From assembly GCA_038087875.1 (NCBI GenBank), contig CM075989.1, forward strand, positions 8,620,001 through 8,684,000: a DNA stretch of 64,000 bases, given 5' to 3'. Position 1 is the stretch's first letter. Each line of letters starts with the position of its first letter. The position numbers and the translations under genes were made by a program. The notes beneath the pieces were generated by a model. It did not search any database and was not told where the DNA came from. It worked only from the letters and a program-made list of their open reading frames with translations. This document shows, piece by piece, positions 38,063 through 51,490 of this stretch. Source of the DNA: Malacoraja senta (taxonomy: Eukaryota).

Positions 38063-39955
38063 AAGCCCTGTCTCACTGTGCGAGTTGAGCCACGAGTGAC
38101 CCCGAGTGAAAGACTCGTGGTTGCGTACGAGACTCCAAGTTTATGATCAAGAGTTTAACCGAGTTCCCACGGGTATGTCTAAGTTTGCCGTTTACTTCTC
38201 ATTTCTGCGATGTTCCAAGTTCGTCTCCCGAGTGTACCAAGTTCCTCTCCCGTTAATCTTGAGGCAACAATGCATCTGCTTATCTGATGGTAGATCTCAA
38301 AACTTGTCATTGAGCGCATTGCATTGTCTCTTTTATTGCCTGAATTTAGGCTTGTGCATTTCTCAGCTGAATTAGTATATAGTGGAAATACTTTTATTTG
38401 TGCTTCATTTGTTGATTTGCATGTTTGAGAAGCCCTTTTTCAGACCACTGTGTTGTTTGCTGTGGTGCTCCTTTTCTCAATATGTGCAAAAAAGCGTTTA
38501 TGAAATTGAACAAGATTAATAAAGACTTTGTTTCTCATTCACTGTGCTGTTTGTTTTATTTTCTGAACTACTGAGAGGTGACACTTTCTAACATTTAAAA
38601 AGCACAGCATATGAGGCACCAGAGTCCTTAACTCTCACAAATGATTGTGAGAATCAAGATGTGAATATATTTTGCCTTCCTCTATTTTGTGTTTTATGAT
38701 GAAAGGAATATTACATTCAACTCATGAGACTTTGTAGTGATATTAAAATGAAGACTTCCAGACATCAATTTGATCTTGATAGCAAAGAACTCTCTTTTAT
38801 TGTGCAATGAAGTAAACAAACAGTGAGAATCAAACGGATTAGTAAAAAGCTTTTCAACACTTTAAGCTATTAGAAAAAGTGGGAGTATCCAAAAGATACT
38901 AAAATATGATCAAACAGGCAAAAAACAACATAAAGATACAGATAAGAATGAACATCGGAGGGATAATGGAACTAATCTCCCAGGTCTGTCCCTTCATCAA
39001 ATGGTGATTCTGCTCCACTAAGACGGCCGTCTCCATATTCAGATTGCAAAGCAGGCTGCAGCTCTGTATAACTGAGTGGTGATGGGGGTGAAAGCAGGAA
39101 TAAAATGAGAGCATGGCCAGGGTAGTGTGGGTCCATGACAATGCTGGCTGCCTTTTTGAGGCAGCACCTCCTATAGAACCCTTTGATTCAGTAAAGTTCA
39201 GTAAAGAGATCGGGAATCTGGCATCATGGCTTGAGAATAAAACCCAGCCTTTAACATCCGCAAAATGAAAGAGTTGGTGTCCTACGGAACAGGGGTGCAG
39301 GAGAGGTGAACACAACCCTGTCTTCTTCAACAGCACTGGTAGAGATGGCTTCTGGACGTGACTGGCAAACCTCAGATTAGGCTGCCATGAAGTGTCATAA
39401 AATGTTCTCACGCTGTTCCTCAATACTGGTTTGTCTTAAGGTTGTGAGCTCAGTCCCAAATACACAAAATCAATATTATAAACTTCAAGCAATTTTTTCT
39501 TTTCAACCCACTCTGTCACCTTATCAATAACTTGCTTAACTTTGTTAAGCAGAATTTGTCTTTAAAAAGTCTATGTTGGTGTTCCTTAACTGAACCATAC
39601 TTATCCAAGTAACTGATATTTCTGTTCCTGATTATTGTTTCTAAAAAGAGTTCCCACGGTAGACTCACGAGTCACAAAGGTAAACGCACGGGCCACTATG
39701 TTCTTACAACGAGTTTAAATGTTTCAAATTTTAACCTCAAGAGTACATTTTACTCGTGGAAAAGTTTAAACATGTTTGAACTTTTTCAAGAGTTAACAAG
39801 TTTCACGGGTACCTGCCGTTAGCGCCAAGAGTCGCTAAGTTGCGTCCACGAGTTCCGACGTTCCCGCTACGTTAATTGTACGTGATTACCACGAGTTAAA
39901 TTTGTTTTAAACTCGGGGTCACTCGTGGGTCAACTCGCACAGTGAGACAGGGGTT
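38063..39955. mobile_element. PIF/Harbinger-type element family B enclosing about 1.4 kb of unrelated sequence
   Basis: About 45-bp imperfect TIR AAGCCCTGTCTCACTGTGCGAGTTGAGCCACGAGTGACCCCGAGT; TAA TSD; the host CR1 tail rejoins across it; 39655-39955 is homologous to 17205-17380 plus 18028-18144. Confidence 0.82.
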
Positions 39956-40603
39956 TAAGTGTCTTTTAAATGTAGCAATTGTAGCCTTCCCTGCCACTTC
40001 CTCTGGCAACTTGTTCTATGTGTGCACCACCCTCTGTGTAAAGGTTGCATCTCAGGTCCCTTTTAAAGCTTTCCCCATTTTTACCTTAAAACCACGCCCT
40101 CTAATGTTGCAGGTGAAGATGTGCTGGAAACATGGTGAGGTGAGGGAAAACTTTAGATCCCTAATGTGCTGAGGTTTTGTAGGAAGAAGAACCTGTCTAA
40201 GCCAGTCAAGATGCGTCTTTATCAGACCCGATGCCATGTTGTTACAGAGAGGCTTGCCCGAATTGTTGGGAAATTTTAAATTAGATTGACAAGGAATGGT
40301 AACCTGAGTGTAGATTAAAAATGTAGAAAAGCATCGTTAAAAGTAGAAATCTGGAAACTTTTAATAGTTTGTGTGGGTGTCGGAATAAAATATAAAAATA
40401 GAATTTGTAGGACTATGCTATATTTTTCTGTGCAAGGAATTGAGGAATAAGCTAAATGATTTGTGTAGGAAGGAACTGCAGATGCTGCTTTACACCAAAG
40501 ATAAACACAAAATGCTGGAGTAACTCAGCGGATCAGAAAGAATCTCTGGATAGAAGGAATGGGTGATGTTTTGGGTCGAGACACTTCTTCAGGCTGAGAG
40601 AAA

Positions 40604-40699
40604 TGGGCCTCTCTCACTTAGGCGACTTTTTAGGCGACTGCAAGAGACTTTGCAGTCGCCGGCAGTCTGCTGAAAAATTGCCTAAGTGGGACAGGCCCA
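40604..40699. mobile_element. 96-bp palindromic Harbinger family A MITE
   Basis: TGGGCCTCTCTCACTTAGGCGACTTTTTAG ... CTGAAAAATTGCCTAAGTGGGACAGGCCCA; flanked by AAA/TAA. Confidence 0.8.
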
Positions 40700-41666
40700 T
40701 AAGAGACACTGAAATAAGGAAAGGTAAATTGTGAAAACGAGACATCATAGGGGATGAGGTTGAAGGAAAATGTAGAACCGATCATAGTTAGCTCGAAAAA
40801 GCTGACACCGAAGCATACAGAGATAAAATTTAATCAGGGGGTACAATCAGACTGGTCGGAGAACTAGGAAGGGGAGGGACGGAGGGAGAGAGAGAGTGAA
40901 AGCAAGGGTTTCTTGAAGTTAGAGAAATCACTATTCATACCATAAAAAGATGCAATAAAATGTTATATAATTGCTTTTACTATATTTCTATAAAAAAGAG
41001 AAAAATGGCAGCTCAACGTTCCAGGTTCAAGATTTTTAGATAAGTAGAGATGGAATAAAACAATGTGGAAGGTCGATGTGCAGCCACCTCACGTTTGATT
41101 TATGCGTTTTTGGAATGAGGCGCTTGTTTAAGTAACACCGAAGCCAAATATTTTTGCTCATATTTTTAAAATAACTCTCCCAAATCTACCCCTGGCAGCA
41201 TAGTCACCAGCGATGCCTGGCAAGGTACTGTACAGTACAACAAGGTACTGTCAGTATTGCTCACTCACCCACACCCTCGCCTCTACCTCTGACTCCAATT
41301 TCATCAGCTAATGTTGAGGATGCCACTCCCAGTTGCCTCCCTTCTCAATCCTCAACCTACGTTATCTTGGGTAAGGAGAAGTTGCCAGAATTCGCCAGTA
41401 TTAGCATTTACAGTTTAAAATAGATTTTAAGTAAACAATGTTTACTCAAGATGTCTTTACTGTTTTTTTTAAATGTATTAACTGTTTCTTCTTTATGAAT
41501 GAGTAAGGTAAAAGGATAATGTCATAAATGAATTATTGTGTGAAGGTAGACACAAAATGCTGGAGTAACTCAGCGGGACAGGCAGCATCTCTGGAGAGAA
41601 GGAATGAGTGACGTTTTGGGTTGTCACCCTTCCTCAGATAGTTATGTATCTTTATGTAGACAGTTA

Positions 41667-41954
41667 AGGGCCTGTCCCACTTACGCAACTTTTTAATGGA
41701 CTGTGTGCGATCATCAAGCTCGGGGGGCACTCGCCTGAAAAACCGCCACACACACACACACACACACACACCTACCTCCCCCCCTCCAACATATTGAACA
41801 ATTTTGCGCAACCATACTGACGCCGCGAATAGTTACCACCATGCGGGAACTCCTCTCGACCATGAAGGAGACTCACCAGAGACCCCTACGAACATGTGGC
41901 GAGTGCAGAGTCTCCTGAACTCGCAAATAAGGTTGCCCAAGTGGGATAGGCCCT
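41667..41954. mobile_element. Harbinger family A MITE (288 bp), inverted deletion derivative of the 23894-24536 type
   Basis: TIR AGGGCCTGTCCCACTT/AAGTGGGATAGGCCCT; TTA TSD; internal blocks reverse-complementary to 23894-24536. Confidence 0.88.
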
Positions 41955-43478
41955 TTATGACTTTTCCCCTAGCCTGTATCATTTACAATTCTATGTAATT
42001 GTAGGAGATAAATTCTGAAGTTCAATATATCATCATTTAGAAATATGCCGTTTGATGAAAAAACATCAGTTTGGAATTGCAAGAGAATATACTAATCTAA
42101 CAATCGAAAGATGAGGACACAGTGTTTGATATGCATTTTAGAAAGGGTTTTGATTAACCTGGCAACCTCTTGGTTATTGCAAAAGCTCATGAGATCAAAC
42201 CAAATGATTGGAGTCAAAAGTGACCCATTTGTGTGAAGCAAAGGGTAATGGTTGATGTACATTTTGGTAAATGGGAGGGTGTTTGCAATGAGCTTCCAGT
42301 GGTTGTATTGGGTCTGTGGCTTTTCATAGTGTATGTACAAAACTTAAATGAAGGATTCATCGTTAGATGTTTGTAGATGAGGAAGCTCCTGCAGTTGTGG
42401 AAGGGAAGTGGAGATGGAGGAGTGAGTTAGAGCATCCTGGAAGAGAGTGTACTTTTGGGATGCTGAAAAGCAGAAAGAGAAAGAATGGCTTGGCCTGGGC
42501 TTCACACTGGAGGTGTTAGGACTTGCAGAGAAATGTTGATAGCTCTTAAGGTGAAAAACGAGGACATGGAGATTTGTATCCTAGTCTGAGAATGGGGCAG
42601 AAGGAATGAGAGCAGAGATCTGGGAAAAAGAATGGTCAATGTGAGTTTTAATTATTTTTCATTTTATAACACCTTTCCAGATTCACAGAATGTTTGCTTT
42701 TCTATTAAAGTAGGGGGAATCTAAGTGTTGGTAAAATAATGTTAAGCTGTATATATTAGTTAAAAGAAGTGTTCACATCCTTATTGGTGATGGCACAGAG
42801 AGGACTTCCTTGGGCAGAACTCTCCACCTGGCTATGCAAGTTAACATTTCATTTGCTGAAGATTTATTTTCCTTTATACAAAAGAGGGCAAAAAGTACTG
42901 GATTAACTCAGCAGGTCAGGCAGCATTTCTGGAGAACATGAATAGCCGATGTTTCCGGTTGGCGCCCTTTTCACTTGTTTGGTTATTGCTTTGCAACAAT
43001 TTGGCATTCAGCCACAGGTTTTTCAGTTTCTAAACTTTATACATCTGGACAAATTGTCATTCACCATTGATCAGTCCTCATACTTATTTTGTCTGGTTAA
43101 CTCTAGTTCCTCATTCACTCTCTGCATTTCTATAGCTTCCCTCAATTTGGATTCATTGGAACAATCTGATCATTTTACATTGGATTGCATCATCTTCCAA
43201 ACTCTGCTGCCCCTGTCCTAACTACCATGTTCCTACACATCAATCTCTGCTGGCCTATCTTCAACCATATTTTTTTTTATTCCTTCACTATCACTGCACT
43301 CCCCTCCAGCCTAATAAATACTGCAGATATATGAATATATATGAAATAAAAACAGAAAGTGATGAAAATACTCAGCAGATCAGGCAGCATTTGTGGAAGT
43401 GAAACAAAATATAAGCCATCAAGGCAAGGAAAAGTTGTAAACAAATTAATTATTACATTGTTTTAAGTGGGGAGAAAG

Positions 43479-43762
43479 GGCGGCACAGTGGCAGAGTTGC
43501 TACCTTGCAGCACCGGAGACCCTGATTCGATCCCGACTACGGGTGCCGTCTGTACGAAGTTTGTACGTTCTCCCCGTGACTGTGGGTTTTCTCCGAGATC
43601 TTCGGGTTCCTCCCACACTCCAAAGACGTACAGGTTTATAGGTTAATTGGCTTGGGTTTGCATACTTGGTATAAGTGTAAATTGTCCCTTGTTTGTGTAC
43701 GGGGGTCGCTGGTCGGTGCAAACTCAGTAGGCCGAAGGGCGTGTTTCCGCGCTGTATCTCTA
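43479..43762 (+). mobile_element. tRNA-derived V-SINE (HE1-like)
   Basis: gggcggcacagtggc, gattcgatccc, gtttgtacgttctccccgtgac, ttcctcccacactccaaagac; CR1-type tail. Confidence 0.85.
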
Positions 43763-45019
43763 ATACTCAGAGAGAGTATTAGGCTCTGCAAGGGTGGAGA
43801 CAAGGAAACATTGAATGACACTTGGTGGTTGTACCACGTTGGTGAAAGAGAAAAAACTAATAATGAATAACAAAAGATGTGCCTCAGAGGTTAAAATACT
43901 CGGTGATGAAAGAAACTGAAAAATTACCTTCTTTATTTTTATTTGCATTCTCAATCCATCTGTCTGGTTTCAAATTCTGTTTGCATTCGGTTGCACACAT
44001 TCTAAAGAGTCTTTAGCATTGCTCTTTTGTTGTAGCCTTAAGCCACAACTGCTGATGCATTCTACGATTTGTAATCTTGAATACTTACTGTCACAATTTG
44101 TTTATCATTTCTTACATTAATACCTTTTTAATTAATAGGGCATGCGTCGTAGAACGGGTCGGGTGCGTGCTGTCCCAACAGTACATGCCCCACTTTTCCC
44201 AGCTCACCACAACCAGGACCCCGCTCCGAACACATTTGACACCAGGCTTTGGGCCAGATTTTCCTTTCTCAAATCTCACTTTCCCTATATCAATTTGCAC
44301 ATGATTTGAATAATAATCCAGATTTACTTCTTAATTTGGTGCCTAGCTTCCCATATTCACTGTGTAGAACTCCTCCTTTATCTTGCCCATGTCGTTATTA
44401 CCGACAGATACGTGAATCCTCCATCACCTGCCGTAAGTTGTCATTCAGCTAATAATTCGCAATGCACTGATGTGACAGTCAAGGCTAAATTCTGTTCATC
44501 TATCCTGGAATACTATTTATATTTACTTACCAAGTGAATTCTCCTCTACCACCTTATCAGCAGTCTTCAAACTACCCCAAACCAATGCCAAGGTAACAAT
44601 GCATGAATCATACTTGGTCGCCAACTCTTGAGCCACAAACCCTGATGCCTGTTCATCATCGCTGGTGTCTAAGAAACAGAAACATAGAAAATAGGTGCAG
44701 GAGAAGGCCATTCGGCCCTTCGAGCCAGCACCGCCATCCATCGTGATCATGGCTGATCGTCCCCAATCAATAAACCGTGCCTGCCTTCTCCCCATATCCC
44801 TAGTCTTCAATCAAAATAACTTCAGGAACATATTCACCAAATGCTATCAGCATATCTACTGCCCACATGGGGTCTTAGAACTCTTGACCACAGCTACAAC
44901 ATCTTAAGTATGCCTATTGCTCCATCGCTTGCCCTCACTTCATCCTGTCCGAACATCAGTGCTGCTCCTGCCAGTTTACAGATTGGGATTGATGTGTGAC
45001 ACACAGAGTAAAGGAATAA

Positions 45020-45350
45020 ATCAGCAATAGGCTGAGGAAGCTGAACATCTACTCCAGGACTGCCTTGAGTTGGTAGCCTGAAGCATGTTCAAGACCACTT
45101 CATCCAGCCTAAATGAGCATACCTGAGTCACCACCAGTTTCATTAAGAAATACCTTAACATAGTTAAGACAGTTAGACAATAATAGTATATCCTAACCAT
45201 AAACCTTGGATGAACAAGGAGATTCACTTCACTAAAGTCCAGATCCAAGGATTTTAAGAAGGTAATCCCATATTGTACAAGAGGCCCAAGTATTACCTCT
45301 GCAAATCTATCAGGAATGCAGAGAGGATTCCAAAACAAGTTGGAACCAAC
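45020..45350 (+). mobile_element. Degenerate Rex1/Babar ORF fragment
   Basis: Reads AEEAEHLLQDCLE and PNHKPWMNKEIH, with stops. Confidence 0.55.
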
Positions 45351-45622
45351 CAAATCACATGACTTGACTGCTACACCATTAATATCTATGGTCACACCAT
45401 CTTCCTTTTCTCCTTTAAGATACTCCTTAAAACCCCTATCTCTGACCAACTCTTCCTTCCTGTTTATGTTTGCTAACATTCCTGTAAAATTTATTGTGCA
45501 AGGCTTTCTAAGTTAAAGGAACTCCTAAATGTATTCAAGGAAATAGTAGAACCAAGGAATTGCAAATACTGGGTTATTGTGGCTTGCTACGTGTTTCGGG
45601 TGACTACATCTGTAGGAGGAGC

Positions 45623-46615
45623 CAGGGCCGGCCTTAGGAGGTGCGGGGCCCAATTGGGAACAATTTTGGTGAGCCCCATGTTCCCAGCCAAGGTCTGTAG
45701 AATCATAGAAATATAAATAAAGTCTATTATAGCCTTTATATCTCTATGGTAGAATGGAAAGTAATCAAAATGTGCGCTTAAAAAGTGCATGCGAGTTAAT
45801 GGATCAAACAGATCTAAGCTAATGTAAAATTGCATATACGTAAGCCTACAAGTAATAAACAAATGTGTAGATCATCTCTGAAAAGTACATAGTTACAATA
45901 CCACTTGTTTTAGTGACTGTGAAATGAAAAAAAAGTAATTTAATTAACTAGAACCTGGAAAATCAATAACCATTGGCGAAAAACCAGTCCAGGCATTACA
46001 TTTTGGACTTCTGCCCCATTCTATCCTTTGGGCTTCTACCCCATCCTAACTTAGTTATGTGTGTGTGTTAGTTGTGTGTGTGTGTTAGTTGTCTGTGCGT
46101 GATGTGTGTGTGTTAGTTGTCTGTGCGTGATGTGTGTGGGGAGGGAGAGAAGAGAGGAAGGAGAGAATGGAGGGAGGGAAGGAGATAAGGGAAAAGAGAG
46201 AGAGGAAGGAGGGAAGGGGAGGGAGAGAGAGGGCCGGCGGCGGGAGCAGATGCCGGGGTCCGGGTGTGAGCTGAAGCCGAGGTTTGTAAACGTCGCTCTC
46301 TCCCCAACCCTCAACCCTCCCTGTATTGTTCATCGTGTCTCCCCGGGGAGAGAGAGAGGGGGGGGAGCCGGGGCTGTGTGCGTGAAGCACGGCGACTGGA
46401 GGGGAGGGAGCGCTGCCGCGGGACCGTGAGGGAATGACCCACCTCCCCCTCTTCATTCACCCCTCACACCCCGTCTACCCCTTTCTTCCCTCTACTCTCT
46501 CTCCACCCGGGGTAGATCTACCCAAGCCAAGAGTAGATTACTCTAGCTCGGGGCCCCCTTAGGCATGGGGGGCAGGGTGGGAGCAATTGGTCCAATTGGC
46601 TGAAGGCCGGCCCTG
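45623..46615. mobile_element. Non-autonomous hAT transposon (993 bp)
   Basis: Perfect 13-bp TIR CAGGGCCGGCCTT/AAGGCCGGCCCTG; 8-bp TSD GGAGGAGC; internal GT-rich minisatellite at about 46050-46138. Confidence 0.9.
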
Positions 46616-47779
46616 GGAGGAGCTTCCAACTTGGAGATACAAGGAACTGCAGAAAAAGACACAAAGTGCTTGAGTAACTCAACAGGTTGGGTATCATCTC
46701 TGGAAAACATGGATATTCGACATTTCATGTCTGGACCCTTCTTCAGGTGTTAGTCATTGACATAAATGAGAAATGTCAGTGGTCTTGCTATTGAGCAGTT
46801 AGGATCTCTCTAAGGTACATTCCGATCTATGTTCCACAGAGATACATTGAGTTACTCCAGCACAATGAAATCGGAGAAGGCCACTCAGCCCCTCAAGAGT
46901 GGCCTGCCATTCAATATGATCTATTCCAGCCTCTTTTGTGTCAGCTTCTCAAAACCTTAAATTTCCTGTCTGTTTGATATTTTTCTTTCTCCATCTTAAA
47001 TGAATCTAATGATCTGGCCCCAAACCCCTCGGGAGTAGAGAATGCCAGAGATCCGTTGCCCTCAGAGAGAAGACGTTTCTATACACTGTGCATTGTTGGA
47101 TTTGAGTCTTTAGTCATTGACGTAAATAAGAAATGTTAGTGGGCCTGCCACTGAGCATTGAGGTTACCATCCCTCTCACGCCAGCCTGAGCTGCATTCTA
47201 ATTGTTTACACTGAGCGGGTTTTTCCAATTAGTTAATTATAATCCGTTTAACAAGATTAAATTGTATTTGGTCAAATTTACTTGCTTCAAAAGTAGATTA
47301 TTTTTCAAATGACATAACTAATGAATGCCCTTTAAATGTGTATCAAACCAGAACATCAAAATGTTTATTAAACTATGCTCCTGCTTGAAAGCCCCCTATT
47401 TCTATCTTGTTTTAGTCAGCAAATTAAGGTTTACACATTTCGTTGGGACACATTATACTATTTTTGCATTAGGATGGGCGGGTCAGTCATCACCGAAACG
47501 TGAAGGTTTATGGTGCACGCCATACAATAAAAATAATTAACTATAGTATTTAATTAAAGTTCAGGTTTACTCCATATATGTGTGTAAGAAAATAAACGTA
47601 TTAGAAGAATCTCACTGCATTTTGAAATGAAACCTACTCGTGTTAAAAATAACACTAATATATTTTGCAACTACATTACCTTAATAATAACAATCGGGAT
47701 TAATGCAATGTTAAATGTTATATTTAAAGGCATGGTCGAAATACAGAACGTAAAGATAAAGGTTGCACAATCGAATATA

Positions 47780-50700
47780 GGAGCGGTCAATGGCTGCTAG
47801 AGGGGGGTTGGAGTAATGCGAATGCAGTGCATTGTAGAGACAGTTTAAAGAATAGCTTAAACCCTATCATTTGCGCACACGATGCACGCAGTCGCTGGCA
47901 AAACAGCAAACTCGGTCGAGGGCCGCCTGGTGACACACCCCAGCAGCCGAAAAAAATTGAGGTGATTCGCGCAAGGAATTAAAAAATATTGTGTGCAAAA
48001 AAATATATCTCTTAAAAAGGGGTTCGTTGCAAACTCCAGCTGTCGGTAAACGTTGACAAGAGGACGCTCTCATTGCAAATCATTCGAGAAAATGATTGAA
48101 TTGGGTGTTTTGCCTCGCCTTCTGCAAAAAAAAACAAATGGTTGGTTTGCAAAGACAGCCATGCCGCGTTGCAGCAGACTTAGAAACTGTTGCGCAGTTA
48201 CTCGTTCTCCACCTTTCTTGAGCCTCCAACGCTGCAGTGGAGCTGGGCTGAGAGCGCCCATGAACAGGAGGTAAAAGCGCTTGATTTATTTCGTAACTTG
48301 CATTAAGAATGGCAAAGGTTTGCGTTGTGAAATTCGCTTTTTTAACGCTTTTTATTGTTGCGAGCAAAATGGCGCGGGGGTGTCCACATGATCCGCTGTA
48401 ATCTATATTTTTGTTGCGGTCTGATTCGACGGTTCCCGACCACCAGCTCGCTGCTCTTTGGCTCGTTCCCGCTGCCACTCATGTGCCCGCTCGCTGACAG
48501 GGTGCTTGGCCTGCCGATCACAAATGCTCCTCTATCATTCACCACCCTGCACGTCCGTCAGCCAAGTCAAATTGTGTTCGTTTTAACCCCACTCCCCCCA
48601 CTGTGGCTTAAAAATTGCGCGTGACGCACATAAAAAAATGTAATGCACTTCATTTTGCTGGTGCATATGTACAATAGTTGCAAAAAAAAAAATGTACAGG
48701 TGGCGATTTCAATGGCCATTTGAAATGTGCACTTTTTAAAGTATATTTTCACACTGATTGGACAATAAGGTAATTTCTTTGCATGCTAATCAACAACCAT
48801 AGTTAGAAGGACGTTGACAATGCCCTTCCATTTTGTTGTGAATATGCGACTGTTGCTTGCACTTAATATTGTGTGTCTTAATTACTTGCATTACTGTGTG
48901 GTGCGTTCTTGTTCCATATATTGTAAGGAGAATTCGACAATCAAAAAACAACAACACGTGGTTGTATTTCGCTTACACTCCCCTTTTGTAAATGGCAAAA
49001 CTGGGACCCATAAAAATGTAAGACGTTAATATTGGGTTTCGGTATTCATCTAGTGTAATATTTGAATCTCGCATGTACCTCGAGTATATACAAGACCAAA
49101 GCAGAACTTTCACAGTAACGAACTTAAAACGTTGTTTTTTTTTTCTGATAGCATTACTTTTAATCCAAGATAAAACACCGTTGTACTTTAGATGGCGTGT
49201 ACAATCCTGTTCGTGTTTTAGCATTGGCAGATATTTTCTCGAGCTCGGTTTAAAAGTCCAATTTCATTGGGACGGCGAGCTTTTGTGAAATAAACACGGC
49301 GGAGGTGCCTTTTTTTTTTTTTGCCCCTCTTTACACCCATACTAAAGACGCCATTTGCTACCATGCCTCTTCTCCGGTTGCGAATGGGCTATTTATTGAA
49401 TGCACTTAGAAAGGCAGTCTGCAACCCAGCTTAATAGTACTCGGGTCCCGCCCTCAACGACTTCACCTCTTTAACTATTTGTCTACGCCTGGGTCGGCGG
49501 GCTGTATGGTATTGGCTTTGTATCGTATTGGCTGACTATTGTGCCCATCAAGTGACCGAATCCCACCCACCCCTTGGAGTTAGTTATCAAGTTGGGTTGG
49601 CTGGTCGGTGTAGTGGCGTCAGCTTGTATTGCAAGCAGATCTTTCCCTGTGTTAAACAGCATTTGGTCACCAGCGTTTGTCTTCATATTGTAAATCAGCC
49701 TTGGTGGCAAAGATGGATGTGAAGAATAGAATTTTTTTAGAACTACGGAATAGGAAGCCTTCAGACGTAAGATTATTTCTCTTTAGATAACTTCTAGATG
49801 TCTTAATTGTTTTTTTGTGGAGCGAAAAATAGTTGATGTGGTTTCGTGTCTGTGTATAACATTTCTCTCACCTTCCTAAGCATCTTTGTGCAAATATGTA
49901 TACTATTTCATCTTTGTTTTTAGTACGCATGTGTATTCTCTTACGATTTTGTTAAATTTTAAGTTTAACTAGCAAGGTTTGTAAATCCCGGTGAGGCTGA
50001 CTGGATTGGATGAAATGCACGAGTTTTGCAAGATGTGAAACTGATTACTTAATATTCCCGACGCCTCGCAAACTTTTCTCCCCTTTTTGACAGTGGAATG
50101 TTTGAAGTTCGTAAAACGTGTGAAAGAAACTTGGGATACAGTGAGATATTCCTATCGGAGATCAAATAAGGGAGAATGGGGAGCCATATTTGCAAATTCA
50201 TAGTCATGAACGCGCCCATTCCCGTATATTTTTCTATATTATAAAATACTCTAATAACGAACAGCAGTCCAGGGTCGAGAGAGCGATGTGGTCGATGTTA
50301 CTCTCTGAATAGACTTTGGAGTTTTTTGAGTTTCTGATTCTTTTTAACTTTGGAAACAGTAAGAATAAGCTAAAGACCTTGTGGTGGGACAAAAATAGTA
50401 GCTGTTTGACATGAATCTGCATTACGCGCGCATGAGTGTGGAACGTCTCTTATACTGTAAATATGTTTAAATTATACGAGTTCTTAATTTTTAAAGCTGT
50501 AGTGTGCAAATTTCGTAAGGTTATAAACTCTAGTAACCTCGAGTGTGGCCAAACTTATATTTTTCATACTTTTTATGTCGAGATTTTTGGCACTTTTTAA
50601 TTAAAAAAATAGATGAATGGGCATTTAAATTTACGAGTGCATTATTTAAAGGTACCGTAATTGTATGGGAATTTTAACCGGGAGGTGGAAGAACGAAATT

Positions 50701-51457
50701 GTTTTTTCATATACTTGGATTCCTCAGTACTTTGGGTGCCGATGATATCCAGAGGCTTACAATGGGAGGGAGGAAGCTGAATAGATTTGCGTTTCCTCGA
50801 TTGATGTGTTTGTAACGTTGGTAGCCACCAAGAAAGGGGAGGGTGGTGATTTTATTAGTTGAGCTTGCAGTTTAAGCTGCTCTTATTTGAAAAAAAAGAA
50901 GAAATTAAGTACGGCCGCCCGGAAAGGAGCGGAGATCAATGCGAGTGCGTGATCTTTTGGGGGGAGGGGGGTAGTCTGCAACGGCCCGTGGAAGAACATT
51001 ATTTGAGAAATTGTGGGCAACTTTGGAACTTTGTACCGCGTTGGCAGGGTCGGATCCAACCTAAGTAGGATGGCCGCCATTTTACTGTGGGCTCGGAAAC
51101 AGAAACGAAGAATATAAATACCATGCGCTTTGAGGGTCTGTCTTTAACGAAGTGGCCATGGAGGAGGGATGAGACGAATTGCGTGTAAACACTTTCGGGG
51201 CGATGGTGCAGCCTGGGAAAGGTAATTGGGGGGGGGGGGGGGTGGAATTGCAAGGACGAAAATACAGTAAGGTTACGTCATTGGGGAAATGGAGCCTATC
51301 AGCTCTTTTCCACCTCGAAGATTCTTACAATTGGTAGAGAATTAGAATCAACTCTTCGGGAGAGCAAACGTGTTCACTCTTTTGCTGCGAAAACGTACGA
51401 TTTGGAAGCTGTTTTAGACGGAGGCGGGACTGGGGAAAGGTGTGGGGAGGAAGGGAG

Positions 51458-51490
<33 letters not shown>

